Below are positions 49,871-63,545 of a DNA stretch of 64,000 nt, piece by piece. Source of the DNA: Malacoraja senta (Eukaryota). The notes beneath the pieces are model-generated. The model was not told where the DNA came from. It was given only the letters and a program-made list of their open reading frames with translations, and did not search any database. The stretch covers positions 22,694,001 through 22,758,000 of the forward strand of contig CM075988.1 of the NCBI GenBank assembly GCA_038087875.1. The letters run 5' to 3'. Made by a program: the position numbers and the translations under genes. Numbering within the stretch: the stretch's first letter is position 1; each line of letters begins with the position of its first letter.

Positions 49871-50182
49871 AGGGCACCACATTAGCATTGTGGTAAAGTT
49901 GCTGCCTTACAGTGCCAGACACTCAAGTTCAATCCCTGACCATGGGTGCTGTCTGTATGGTGTTTGTAGGTTCTCCTGTGATCACATAGATTTCTCCGGG
50001 TGCTCCAGTTTCCTCCCTCATTCCAAAGACATGCAGGTTTGTAGGTTAATTGGCTTCTGTAAATTGCCCCCGGTGTATAGGATGCGAAAGTGGGATAACT
50101 AGTGTACAGGTGATAGTTGGTTGGCGCAGACCCGGTGGGCCGAAGGGCCTGTTTCCACATGGGATCTCTAAAACTAAACTTA
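49871..50182 (+). mobile_element. tRNA-derived SINE (HE1-like)
   Basis: Tail GTGGGCCGAAGGGCCTGTTTCC...TCTCTAAAACTAAAC and central TGTAGGTTAATTGG. Confidence 0.85.
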
Positions 50183-51204
50183 AATTTAATCTTTGTAAAA
50201 AATATTGGGCCAAAAGGCTGTTTGAGTTGGACCGATGGGCAGTGACCCTATGTTCTAGATTCTCCCACATGAAGAAACATCTTCTCCTTGTCAGGATCCT
50301 TTAGATCTTATATGCTTCAATCAAGTGCCTCCCGCTCCTGTTGATGCAAGGCCTGTCCAACCTTTCATCATAAAAAAAACCATTCTGAAAAGACACTGAC
50401 TTCAACAGTTTACTGTTTCTCTTTCCACAGATCCTGTCTGACCTGAGTATTTCCAGATTTTCTGTTTATATTTTGCCCATTCCAGATATTAATCTAGTAA
50501 ACCTCTAACAAACTGCTGTCAATGCATTGATATTCATCCTTGTATAAGAAGATGCAGTGTCTCCAGTGTCTGATGTAACACAAATATAATTCCCTAATTT
50601 TATCTTCCATTCCCCTAGTAATAACTAATAATATTCTGCTTGCGGCTTTCTTAATTACTGGCTGTACCAGCCTATTAGCCTTTAGCTAAGCATGCATTCA
50701 GACACACAGAGCTCTGTATTCTTTCACCATTTATGTAACATGCTTTTTTTATTTTTCACTTTCCCCCACAGTATAATCTATATATTAGATCTGCCCATTT
50801 TTGTAACCTATTTGTTTTATTTTATTGTCTCCTTTATTCCTCTTCATAACTTGCATTTCTTCTCCATCTTTATGTTATCAGCAAATTTAGCAATCATACT
50901 TTATATACTTTCATCCAAATCATTTGTATAAGTAAAATGTTGAGGCCTCATGAACTAGAATATGGATGGCAAATTCCCCATCCTTGTATCACTGGACAAT
51001 TGTGCAATATGTTAATCTGATAGTTTTTATGGCAACTATTTAATATTATCTCTCATATTACCAGATTTTATGAAGGCCGTGCTGATATGTGAAATCTTAC
51101 CTCTGGGCTTTATACCTGTACAGTTACCATAACAGTACTCTATCCCTAGATATAGTAATTTTTTATATCTACATGTTTCATTACTTAATAAATTATGAAA
51201 TTAA

Positions 51205-51512
51205 GGAGCTTTGTCAAGAGTGTTTAATTGTCTTATGTACTTGGACGGGCACAATGAAATTCTTACTGGACGATGCAATACAGGCACATCAAATGCAAAA
51301 ACATGACAAATAAGTATATAATAAATTATCAGCCACTATAGGTAAATGAGACCATGACAGTGCAAGCCAAAATACGTAATGTAACCTAAGTAGTACAAAG
51401 TCCATGGTAGTTTAGGTTGTTCAGGGTAGTTCAAGAGCCTGGCCTGATGGTTGATGGGAATAAGCTGTTCTTGGACCTGGAGTTTGAGGTTCTCAGGCCC
51501 CTGTACTTTCTT
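51205..51512 (-). mobile_element. Rex/Babar LINE 3' end (left of the Tc1)
   Basis: GTTCAAGAGCCTG..GGGAATAAGCTGTTCTTG..CTGG and tail CAAGAGTGTTTAATTGTC. Confidence 0.7.
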
Positions 51513-51516
51513 GGTG

Positions 51517-53077
51517 ACATTTTGTTACGTTACAGCCTTATTCTAAAATGGATTAAATTCATTTTTTTCATCATCAATCTATACACAATACCCCATAATA
51601 AAAAAGCGAAAACAGGCGTTTAGAAATTTTTGCAAAGTAATTAAAAGAAATAACTGAAATATCACATTTACATAAGTATTCAGACCCTTTGCTATGACAC
51701 TCAAAATTGAGCTTCGGTGCATCCTGTTTCCATTGATTATCCTTGAGATGTTTCTACAACTTGATTGGAGTCCACAAGTGGTAAATTTAATTGATTGTAC
51801 ATTTTGGAAAGGCACACACCTGTCTATATAAGGTCCCGCAGTTGACAGTGCATGTCAGAGCAAAAACCAAGCCATGAAGACGATGGAATTGGCCGTAGAC
51901 CTACCCCTGAGACAGGATTGTGTCGAGACACAGATCCGGGGAAGGGTATAAAACAATTTCTGCAGCATTGCAGGTCCCGAAGAGCACAGTGGCCTCCGTC
52001 ATTCTTAAATGGAAAAACTTTGAAACCAACAGGACTCTTCATCGAGCTGGCTGCCCGGCCAAACTGAGCAATCGGGAGAGAAGGGCCTTGGTCAGGGAGG
52101 TGACCAAGAACCCGATGGTCACTCTGACAGAGCTCCAGAGTTCCTCTGTGGAGATGGGAGAAACTTCCAGAAGGACAACTATATCTGCAACACTCCACCA
52201 ATCAGGCCTTTATGGTAGAATGGCCAGACAGAAGCCACTCCTCAGTAAAAGGCACATGACAGCCCGCTTAGAGTTTGCCGAAAGGAACCTAAACACGATT
52301 CTCTGGTCTGATGAAGCCAAGATTGAACTCTTTGCCTGAATGCCAAGTGTCACGTCTGTAGGAAACCAGGCATCGCTCATCACCTGGCCAATACCATACC
52401 TACGGTGAAGCATGGTGGTGGCAGCATCATGCTGTGGGAATGTTTTTCAGCGGCAGTAACTGGGAGACTAGTCAGGATCGAGGGAAAGATGAACAGAGCA
52501 AAGTACAGAGAGATCCTTGATGAAAACCTGCTCCAGCGCGATCAGGACCTCAGACTGGGCCAAAGGTTCACCTTCCAACAGGACAACGAACCTAAGCACA
52601 CTGCCAAGACAACGCAGGAGTGACTTCGTGACAAGTCTGTGAATGTCCTTGAGTAGCCCGGACTTGAACCCGATCGAATATCTCTGGATGGATCTGAAAA
52701 TAGCTGTGTATCGACGCTCCTCATCCACCCTGACAGAGCTTGAGAGGATCTGCAGAGAAAAATGGGAGAAATTACCCATATACAAGTGTGCCAAGCTTGT
52801 AGAGTCATACCCAAGAAGACTCGAGGCTGAAATTGCTGCCAAAGGTGCCTCAACAAAGTACAGAGTAAAGGGGCTGAATATGTAAATGTGGTATTTCTGT
52901 TATTTATTTTTAATTACTTTGCAAAAATTTCTGAACACCTGTTTTCACTTTTTTTAATTATGGGGTATTGTGTATAGATTGATGATAAAAAAAGAATTTA
53001 ATCCATTTTAGAATAAGGCTGTAATGTAACAAAATGTGGAAAAAGTGAAGGGGTCTGAATACTTTCTGAATGCACTG
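51517..53077 (+). mobile_element. Tc1 transposon (third family), outer left IR deleted, decayed transposase at about 51874-52870
   Basis: Right end TACTTTCTGAATGCACTG|TA; inverted arms at 51517-51690 and 52870-53040; [25 protein letters not shown] and SPDLNPIE. Confidence 0.92.
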
Positions 53078-53079
53078 TA

Positions 53080-53760
53080 TGCTTGCAGAAGTTCAATAAA
53101 TTGTTTAGTGACGCCAAATCTTCTCAAACCTCTGTAGAAGTGGAGTTGCTGGTGAGGGTTCTTTGCAGTTACATCATTGTATTGGACCCAGGACAGTTCA
53201 TCAGAGATGTGTACACTCAGGAACTTGAATCTGTTGAACCTCTCCACTGCTGTCCCGCTGTTGAAAAAACTGATTTATCGTCCCTTGGCTTTCCCTTCCT
53301 GAAGTCAATAGTCATCTCCTTGGTCTTGCTAAACATTGAGAATAAGGTTGTTGTTCTAGCACCATTCAACTGGATTGACAATCTCCTGTTGTACTCTAAC
53401 TCATTGTTGCAATGATGGTGGTATCTTCAACAAATTTTAAGATGACGTTGCAACTGTTTCTGGTTATAAAGTCCAGGGTATGGAATGAGCAGAAGCACAA
53501 AGTAAATGGTCTGAGCATGAAGCCTTGATGTGCTTTTACACTGATGCTTCGCAAGTAGTTATTAACAATTCATATTGATTGAGGGCTGCCGATGAGGAAG
53601 TCGAAGATCTAGTTGCATAGAGCGGAACAGAGATCCAGTTCCCTGAGTTTGACATTAAATTTGGATGGGATGATTGTGCTGAATGTAGAGCTATATTCAT
53701 TGAACAGCATCCTGATTATGTGTCCCTGTAGTCCAAGTCGTCCAATGAGAAGTTAGCAAG
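53080..53760 (-). mobile_element. Rex/Babar LINE body (right of the Tc1)
   Basis: FKFLSVHISDELSW..LHFYRGLRRFG and decayed upstream RT. Confidence 0.75.
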
Positions 53761-54141
53761 ATCAAATCTGCTGTTCATCTTTTGTGTCTGCGTCTGTTAC
53801 TGTTATTTGCTGCATGAGATGTGATGTATTGTGCATTGCTTGTTTGTTGGGAATGCAGATATGCATGGAACTTGAAATTTTGGAAATGAGCAGCATAGTT
53901 CAAATAGTAAGAAATAACTATGATCTATTGTTTCTGTAAAGTCTTTTGAATAGCTGTGTCCAAGGTGGGAATATGAAAAGGCATTTTATCAATTTTATGT
54001 TTGGAATTGCATGATACCATTTAAAATCTTAAATAATTTTTAAAAAGGAAGTATGTTGAAAAAAAAGGTAATAATCTTGGGAAACGTAACTTTAGCAAAA
54101 AGTAATCTTATAAAGTTTTTTTCTGCACCTTGATCTTTTTA

Positions 54142-54275
54142 TGTACAGGAAAGAACTGCAGATGCTGGTTTAAATCGAAGGTAGGCACAAAATGCTGGAG
54201 TAACTCAGTGGGACAAACAGCATTTCTGGAAAGAAGGAATGGGTGATGTTTTGGGTCGAGACCTGTCTTCAGATT
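54142..54275 (-). mobile_element. Penelope-like terminal fragment
   Basis: Close to 33644-33775; the hammerhead core is mutated. Confidence 0.75.
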
Positions 54276-54311
54276 GACCTTTTTATGTATAAATCTATTA
54301 TCTCTTGGGAT

Positions 54312-54428
54312 GATGGGGCAAAGGCAGGAGAATGGGGTTGGGAGAGAGAGATAGGTCAGCCATGATTGAATGGTGGAGTAGACTTGATGGGCCGAATGTC
54401 CTAATTCTGCTCCTATCACATGATATGA
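54312..54428 (+). mobile_element. CR1 LINE 3' end
   Basis: AAGGCAGGAGAATGGGGTTG..CAGCCATGATTGAATGG..GGGCCGAATG. Confidence 0.8.
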
Positions 54429-55220
54429 CCAAAAAGGCAATTGTCTGTGATTATTGCAGCCATTCCTGAAGAATAGTAGCATAATCATTCTTAAAGACTT
54501 TGTATTAGCCTGGAAAAGTATAAAACAAACTAGACATTTTGGGGGTTCTGTTCTCTTTCTATAAATTCAAATGGTATTAAATGTTTTCAACGTGTGGCTT
54601 TACTATAAATAGAAGTATAAAATACAGAGCAAGTCAATTATATTAATTTATCATAAATCACTGTTTTTGTATGTTAGATAGAATGTTGTGTCCAGTTCTA
54701 GTCATCACATCTTAGGAGGTTCAAGCATTGGAGGGGATGCAGAAGAAGTTTACCAGCACAATGACAGGAACAAGAATGGGGGGAGACTTGAAAAATGGGA
54801 TCATTAAGTAGATTAAAAGGTATTTTAATAATTTTATACAAAATTATGAAGTTTGAATGATCAAAATTGATAGGAAAAAAAAACTGATTCCACTGGACTT
54901 TGTAACTGCTTCCACTTGGCAATTTGATGGTAGCCAAACTTTTAAGACAGGAGGAAAAAGCTTAGAGTTGAAATAAATACATTTCCACACATAATTTTGT
55001 CTAAAAGTCACTATCTAAAAAGGCGATCGAAACTAAATCATTGTTAATTTTCAAAAGGGAATTGGATAGGTACAAAAAACTTAAAATGCTATGGTGAAAT
55101 CTCTTTTGGTGCAAGGGTAAAAAATCACTGCAGTCTTGCCTTATTGAGTAGCAATACAGCCAAATTGGAAATCTTGTGGCCCTCTTTGCACTCTATATAT
55201 CTTTGATGCACTGGATGTTA

Positions 55221-55942
55221 AGGGGCTGTCCCACTTGGGCGACCTAATCTGCGAGTTTAGAAGAGTCTTCGACCATCAAACTCGCACCATGGTCGACTCG
55301 TGGTCCTAGGAGGTCCTATGAGGTCGCTGGAACTCTCCTTCGAGGGAAGTTCCCGAATACTCGTGGCCTCAGCTAGGTCATGGAAATGTTTCCAGCATGT
55401 TGAAAAATTTTCCGCGAGTAAAATTTGGTCGGCATGGGTCTTTTTAACTCGTAGTGCAGTGGAGTGGGGTCGCTATTTACTTACAGGCAGTCGAGGGCAG
55501 CCATAGGCAATCTCTTTCGCTGACCGGGCATTTTGATTGGCTCATTGGAGTTTTCAGGACCAAGGAAAACCGACCGGTAGGTAAAATGCCCGCTAAACTT
55601 TATTAAACTTCTTAAAAGTGTCTCCACCCCTTCTCTCCCCCCTTCTCTCCCCCCTTCTTTCCCCCCTTCTCTCTCCTTCTCCCACCCCCCCCCACCCCGC
55701 GCTCTCTAAAGGACTTACCTTACACTGTCCAGCCGTTTTACCTTCTTCTTCATCGCGGGTGCTCACCCGCTTTCCTGGCCCCCGCCTTTGCGGTGTGTGT
55801 GTGTGGTCGGTCGATCTAGCTCGCGGTTTCAACGCGGACGGTCGATCCAGCTCGAGGCTTTCCAGGCGTGTGCCCTCGAGCTTGAAGGTCGAAGACACTC
55901 TTCTGGACTCGCGGATTAGGTCGCCCAAGTGGGACAGCCCCT
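55221..55942. mobile_element. PIF/Harbinger-type MITE, complete
   Basis: TTA|AGGGGCTGTCCCACTTGGGCGACCTAATC...GATTAGGTCGCCCAAGTGGGACAGCCCCT|TTA. Confidence 0.9.
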
Positions 55943-57989
55943 TTAAGCTTTTTAAAATGTGATCCAGAAAAACTCTGTTTTTCTTTATTTGTTGGCTACA
56001 TTTCTACTTCCTGTGATGTGCATTTATTTATAGCTCTAAATCTGCTCACACACAGTGCAAACATGATTATGAAGCAATGAATGAATGTAAACTTGGAGAT
56101 CAATCACCAAACATGTATATCTAGTCCATTATGAAATATCAAATGGAGTAAGAATGTTAACATTGCTTCCTGGAGGATGAAGCTGGTAAGCAGCTTTACA
56201 AACAAACTGTATCTATAGACAACGTTTTCTTGCTATAGGCATTAACATATTACTTTATCCATCGCAGCAGATTATTGTGAGGATCATAACAGAGCTTTCT
56301 GAAAGTTCAGGCAAATTATAATCACCGGATCATTGTAATTTTATAATTTAAATGAAATTAGGTACAATTGTTTCTGGAAACTGCACCTGAATATTACTGA
56401 TAATGCACTCTCTGTATGGAATACCATTTATTACTGCTTATGCCTTTTGAGCACCTTGACTATTAATTGAATCAAAATAGTCCATTGTTACACAGGATCT
56501 GGGCTGGTAGTGGATGTTTACTTTCTTGTCTCTCCAAGATTACACTTGCACCTGTGTTAATGCTGTTATTTTTCCTGTTATCTACACGCTTATCATAGAT
56601 TTTTAATCTGTTCAAAAATGGTGCCCCACCAACAGAAGGAGTTAATAAAAACAAATTTAAAATATCAATTTTGAGAAACCTTTCCTATTTGTTTTGCAGA
56701 ATATTTTAATGGCCCCATGAAATCTTTTATGGAATATTCTTTATATAGCTAAAAATGTCAAATTATTTTTGTTGTGAACATGAGAGAGTATGAAGTATCA
56801 TAAATGTTTTTTTGATTGCAATTATAATGAATGGAATAATCCAAGATTCGTACTTTGTGGGTTTCTGTTTGCATTATGGAAGTTCCCCTGGGTTTGAATT
56901 ATAATGCATCATGTGCTGTAGTTAAATTATGCAATTAACTGTAACAACTCGATCATACGCAAGAAATAGTTAGATTATCCTAATTATAATGACATGAAAA
57001 ATGCTGGCAGGTTAAGCAACATCTGTAGAGAGAGCAACAGAATTAATGTTTCAGATCAATGACGTCTTTATTATCTCTATCTTTCCACTGATTCTGCCTC
57101 AGCAGCTGAGTGCATCCATCATCTCCCGTTTTTAGATGTACAGCATTTGGAATTTTTTTCATCTCAAGTTGTCACTTAAATATTAAAATGATTGAAGCAC
57201 GTACAATTTCTTACTGAAAATTGCATTTAATGTCATTAAATTGATGATTTGTTATCCAGAATGTTTTGCGACACCTCTACTTCCTCACATCCGATTCTGA
57301 TTATTTTAACTCATAAAACTGCCATCCAGCATCATGCCGTACATCAATTCTAGCCTCAATGACAGCCTTGTTTGCCTACCGTTGCAACAGGTCCCCAGCA
57401 TTTGCCATTTCTCTGGCCCAACACTCATCACTGGAACATATAAATAACAAGGACACCTAGGTCCGCTGCATTGTTGAAAAAGATGAATGAGTTGCTGAAC
57501 TGCATCTTGTAGTTGGTATCCACTGCAGTCATGAATTTTAGACTTGCTGATCTAATGGTGACATAATTATAGCTGTTTGCAATCTGTTTCTGGTATCAGC
57601 AAATAACTAGCAATTTTTAATGTAATATTTAAAGAATATAATGAACACTGATTTTCACTTCAACATGGAGATATCTTGGAAAATATTTTAAAATACCTTA
57701 CATTTTGCTGACGGCTTCTTGTTGGATATTTTCTGAATAGTTATCAAATCATGATTCATGAACAATTTTATGCTTGACTCATTTGTTTGGGAAGACTGAT
57801 AAGAAAAGAAAATTAAAGTATATCTGCAAATTGTATATGCACAATATTTTGCAAAAATGCAGCATAAGTATCAAGTGCTTTTACAACACTAGGAATGAAT
57901 TTTCTGAGAGAAACCATTACCATTTTTAATAACAGGATGCTGTAAAAGCCAATGTGCAAATTCCAGTTTTGGGTTTGTAGGTCACACAC

Positions 57990-58303
57990 GGGCAGCACGG
58001 TGGCGCAGCAAATTCCTTACAGCGAATGCAACACTGGAGACCCGGATTTGATCCCGACTACGGGTGCTGTCTGTACGGAGTTTGTGCGTTCTCCCCGTGA
58101 CTTGTGTGGGTTTTCTCCGAGATCTTCAGTTTCCTCCAACACTCCAAAGACGTACAGGTTTGTAGGTTAATTGGCTTGGTAAATGTAAAATTTGTCCCTT
58201 GTGTGTAGGATATTGTTAATGTGCGGGGATCGCTGGTCGGCGCGGACCCGGTGGGCCGAAAAGCCTGTTTCCAGGCTGTATCTCTAAAACTAAAAAAACT
58301 AAA
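57990..58303 (+). mobile_element. tRNA-derived SINE (HE1-like)
   Basis: GGGCAGCACGGTGGCGCAGC head and GGGCCGAAAAGCCTGTTTCC..TCTCTAAAACTAAA tail. Confidence 0.88.
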
Positions 58304-59929
58304 CAAAGTAATCAATTTATATACCACCATTTACCTATTTATGGGGCTTAAGAGATTTGGGATTAACATACCTAATTTTATTCAAAGATAAATAATCTAA
58401 ACTCCAGCAACTCAGTGAGTCAGAGACAATCAGACAGTAAGACAACATAATAGGATTGTGAGGCAGTGGGAAAAATGAAGAAATTCGACCATGAGGTGGT
58501 TTTAAATCAAGGATGATTATTTGTTAAATTGTTAATATAATAATAGCTTCAGTTTTTATTATTATAATGGTTGGATTTTTAAAACCAATATAACTGGTTT
58601 TGTTCATTGATTGGAGGACTTGCTGTTGGTCATCAAGTAATTCAGATGAATTGTTGATAAAGAAAAATAGTGCTTGCCATATTTTGTATGTTATGTAAGT
58701 GTACATTTACATTGATCAGAAGTCTAGATTTTTCTTTGGATGATAAAAATGATTTATTTCTGAACATGAACACCTCGGGTAGTGGTTGCTTGGCAATTTT
58801 CATAGTGCAAGACTAACCTTTTATTTGCATTTTTCCTCTCAAGTCTCAGATCTGTTAAGTTGATCTGCAATTAATTTGCTCCCGAGGCTCACTGCAGCAC
58901 CCGTTTATTTTGCTGATGCAATTTGTTTATGAGAATAATTGCAAACAGAAATGTCGTTGCATATTAATAAAAGGAAACCACTCCGTGCCCCTTATTTGTA
59001 TTCCAGATGATGAACAGAAAGTGACATAAAAGGTTTATGCTATACAGTGTTATGTTGCAAAATGCACACAACCTGCTGTTTCAAAGCCTAGAAGCATCTC
59101 ATTTTGAAAAGGTCCTCATTAGTTTTGAACACTTCTGCTAACTTCATATTTACTGGCATTCCCTATGAATGTAATTATTTCCAGAATATTCCTTATGCAT
59201 TTCAGCTATACAGTGGAAATTATGAAATCATAAAGAACATCACATACAGAGAAGTGATGAACTCATCTAATTGATATTACTAACGGCACCATGTAACTGA
59301 ATCATACAAACCTGGAAGTCTCCAGTTCATTTCCTGGTTTGCACTCTGTTAACTGACCTCAGTTGCTGACCTGGTGTTAGCATCACGGAATTAGAAAGAG
59401 AAAATATGTCAGAGCTTTTACAGTTGTTAGGTACCAGTAGGTATACTGGTACTTGTTGGAATGTGTGCAAAAGTGGACACTTTTGGAATGTGTGCAAAGG
59501 TGGATATCTGTTTAGGCTGTGATTCGGTTACAACTGCCAACTTATCTCATTACCTTGCAAACTAAGGTTGACATTGATAATGGTAACTGATAGAGTGTCT
59601 TGTTCTCTTGATGCAGTACTCCTCAGTAACAACAATCCCCCCCCCCCCCTCCCGCAGCCATCAAAACAAAAAAAAAGGTGTTAACTAAATGTATTTTGAA
59701 AGGCATAAACTACATTAAAAAGGTAAAAATATATGCCTTTCTCTGTAGTGTAAATCAGTACAATTCTAGATTGTACATGATTTATGATGTATTCATATAC
59801 ATGATTTGCTGCTCGCCATAATGGGCTTTGGGAAGGGAATTGGATCCAACTGCTCTACACAGACGTAAGTAGCGCAATCCAAATCAATGAAAACAGATAG
59901 CTTCCCCATCAAGTCTGGAGTAAGGAAGA

Positions 59930-60215
59930 GTCGCCCAGTCTAACCTATCTTTTTCAGTGTGCTGTATAAAACCCTTGCCAAATCCATCAGGAAGGATATG
60001 GACAAAAGAAGGATGATGATGCAGGCAGTGTAGACACTCAGATCAAAACTTTCTTGCAATGGATTACAGCTTGGATGTAGAGGTTGGTGAGGGTTGTTGG
60101 AACATGCTGAACTTCCTAAGCCATCTAAGTCATTACGTTGATGTGCTTTCATGGCCATTGCTTCAATGTGGCTGGTCCAGGACAGATTACAGGTGATATT
60201 TAGAACTTGAAATTT
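59930..60215 (-). mobile_element. Old Rex/Babar-like fragment
   Basis: TTTCTTGCAAT, GTGTGGCTGGTCCAGGACAGATT and GGTGATATTT resemble decayed reverse-strand LINE sequence. Confidence 0.5.
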
Positions 60216-60289
60216 GAAGAACTAGGAGCAGCTGAGACGTGTAACAATATTTTGCTAGAGTAGACAGGCAAGTAGACAGGCTCCCTCTC

Positions 60290-60617
60290 AATAACTGGCA
60301 AGCACCTGGTCATCGGGTGCAAGGTGGTCTTGGTGTTCTATTTGGTGCAGACATGACCCATAACCCACTCCACCACCCTGGCAGTCACCCAAGCCATTTT
60401 CTCTTTCGTCTGAAGATCCAAGATGGAATGTGTACAACGGGTCGCGATGCTCAAGTCCCCACACAATGGAAGGGAAAAGCCTACCCAGCATTGTCCTTGT
60501 CGGGATGGCCATCTTTGTGTGTGGCTGCATCAAGCTGCATGTAGAATCAGTATGCAGGCACCAAGTGTCACTACAGAGTTTCCACCCATTCCTGGTGTTG
60601 GGAAGGATGGGTCTGAA
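60290..60617 (+). mobile_element. Tx1-type LINE ORF2 fragment
   Basis: SKMECVQRVAMLKSPHNG and LPSIVLVGMAIFVCGCIKL..RMGL resemble recalled fish Tx1 ORF2 downstream of RT. Confidence 0.6.
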
Positions 60618-62379
60618 TATATAGAATGGATAACATTGATTGTAAAGAAAGCCATGCACTTTTTTGTATTTCTTGGATATACTTTTGTGAATTAAGATTA
60701 TTTTTGAAAGTACAAATAGTGATGCTGTTCCAGAGTAGAGTAAATGTTGAAATCTCCTTGTGCATCCATCTATCCCCCTCTTTTTCTTCTTCTCTTTCAG
60801 ATTCAAAATGAGAAACTCTAAAAAATCTTCTAAAATTAAGTTATGAATTTTATTTTAACTGTGGTTTTACTATTCAGAATTTGAGTATTGTTAGCTATAT
60901 CCTCCTATATAGATGATAGGATTTACAGTAGAAAACTATTTTGAAGAAATTATGATGAATGCATTATTTTGTGAATGTTAAATTTGAAAAAATATATTTT
61001 TCCATATGCCATTGGTCATTGAATCAAATACTTTAAATTGGTATTTTGAAGTTGGCCATGCATTAGAAAGGTCAAATGCGGCAATCATTAAGGTTTTTTA
61101 TACAGATACAAAATATTACGAAGTGTGACACCCTCCTAGGTGTGATGTTATCATGTACCTGAACTATAATATCTTAAAAATTCTGATATATATTGCTTTG
61201 AAGTATTCACTTGGGTTCTTTGAAGACAATGAGTGCACCTGTAATAGCGATTTTAAATATTGCCAGTGCCAGTAAGTAATTTCATTTTGCTAGTAAGTGA
61301 TTTTTGAGTATTGTTTTACTATTCATTAACTCATTTTGAACTGTTTAGTGTTATCAGTTGTATAGTACAAAAGTAGACATTCACATAATTGCTATTTAAA
61401 ATAAAGATGGCATATACCAGTTGACAAAGTAAATTTGACAGATAAAGGAAGCATAAGTGATGTTTTTGTAGTCTATGGCGGAAAGTGCCTGTGAAGAAGA
61501 ATTAGGCTCAATATTGACATTGTCTGTGATCAGAAAGTCTACCTCGTCCCACAGATAAAAATGGGCGTACTTTTTCCCTGAGCCACTGCAGGAAAGATTT
61601 GATTTAAAAATTAGAAATTAATCCTAAAGCTACAGGAGGAGATTTGAATATCAGGAGATGGTGAAATTAGCAAGCATATAAACAGTTATGTGTGAACCAT
61701 TTTTTGACATTTTATAGCATCACATGTGTTGATAAGCTGGGCATGACAAATTGCCATGTTATTAGATAGGATTTGGAAGAACTTATATAAGAAAACTTCA
61801 TAACAGGGAGGATTATAATGTGTTTTGGCACAACATAAAAATGAACACATCATCCTTTTAATATGATCCTCCAAGGAAACACTGTCTCCTTTATCTCATA
61901 GGGCCTTGGCTGTTAGCTTTGCAATAATTTTCCTTCTTTCTAGTACACGTAACATTTAGCTCACATGGATAATGATTTAACTGTACCTTGAGATTAATAA
62001 TTGTATGTAGCCTGTCTTCTTTGAAGCATTGTTTGAGGGTCCAAGGCAGATTATGTAATCTTGACAAATGTGATGCTCAATTCGTTTCAAGTTTGAGGGA
62101 AAGGAGGAAAGGCTTGCTTTTTCATATTAAGTTGAATGTATAAACATGTTTGGTTTAACTCTGGAAAGTCAATCTACATCCTGGATAAGTTTGTCGCCTT
62201 CATTTTGTGATCGTTTATATTTATCTTTATTGTATCATGAAGTTTAGAGAAACTTATCTATGAATGCGTAGCTTAATTCAAAAATCATAAAATTGCTATG
62301 AGCATTTATTTCTCAACTTGACTTCCTGACCCATTGATTACAATCAGTAAGAAAAGGCAGCAATACTTCTCCATGATAA

Positions 62380-63350
62380 TTCACAACACTGGTGCCCATG
62401 AGGCTGTGCTCAGACCCTTGCTATACTCCTTATGCACTCATGACTGTGTGGCCAAATTATGCTCCAACTCATTAACAAGTTTGCAGATGACTCCACCATA
62501 CTGATCTCAAACAATGATGAGACAATACAGGAAGAATATAGAGAGCGTGGTAGTGTAAATGTCAAGACAACAACACTTCCCTCTTGTCAATGAAACAAAA
62601 GAGCTGGTCATTGAATTCAGGAAGTGGAGTGGAATACACACCCCAGTCTGTATCAATGGTGTTGAAGTTCCTGGGTGTGAATGTCACCAACAATTTGTCC
62701 TGATCGAGCCAAGTTGATACTACAGCCAAGAAAGCACACCAATGCTTCTACTTCCTCAGAAGACTCAGGAAATTTAGCATGTGTCCAATTATTCTTAACA
62801 GATACACTTCAGAAAGCATTCTATTGGGCTGCATCACAGCTTAGTATGGCAATTGCTCTGCCCATGACTGCAAGAAATCACAGAGAGGTACGCACCACAG
62901 TCCATCATGCAAACCAGCTCAATTGACACCATCTATGCTTTGCTCTTTCTCTGAACAGCAGACAACAAAACCAAGGACCTTTTGCTCCCCCCCCCCCCCA
63001 AAAAAAAAACCCAGGCAGAATATACAAAAGGTTGAAAGCAAATACCACCAGATTCAAAAACAACTTCTTCCCTGCTCTTATCAGATTCTTGAATGGACCA
63101 CTCAAATGCTAAGGATGTATTCCTAACCTTCCAATCTACCTCATAGCAAACACTCACTTTTTTATCTGTACTTTCTCTGTAGCTGTAATACTGTATTCTG
63201 GAATCTGCTTCTGTTCTCTATTTGCACTATTTCATTCAACCCATGTATGCTATGTTTGTCCTCATGGTATGATTTTCCAGCTAGCACTCAAAACAAAGTT
63301 ATACACTGTATCTAGGTACAAGTGAGAATAATAAACCAATACCAATAAAC
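62380..63350 (+). mobile_element. Degenerate Rex/Babar LINE fragment
   Basis: GGCTGTGCTCAGACC..AAGTTTGCAGATGAC (KFADD), CTACTTCCTCAGAAGACT and a tail ending (ACCAATA)n. Confidence 0.8.
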
Positions 63351-63459
63351 CAATAACTGCACTCTAATAATGTTTTTTCTAATGGGAAAGACGGATGTCT
63401 GTAGAATTGATGGCTGCTGAGCTGATGAAAGTTCACTTATAATGATATCAATAATGAAA

Positions 63460-63545
63460 TCTGAAAAAGGGTCCCGACCCAAAATGTTGTCTATCCATGT
63501 TCTCCAGAGATGCTGCCTGATGCGCTGAGCTATCCCAGCACGTTG
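63460..63545 (+). mobile_element. Penelope-like terminal fragment
   Basis: CTGAAAAAGGGTCCCGACCCAAAATGTT..AGATGCTGCCTGATGCGCTGAG. Confidence 0.7.

Noticed and set aside
59770..59870. Strong donor-like AC|GTAAGT
   Set aside because: All three frames after the nearest candidate acceptor contain stops, so no coding exon is supported.
60775..60850. Strong acceptor-like polypyrimidine tract plus CAG
   Set aside because: Followed by AT-rich sequence with no recognisable reading frame or good donor.
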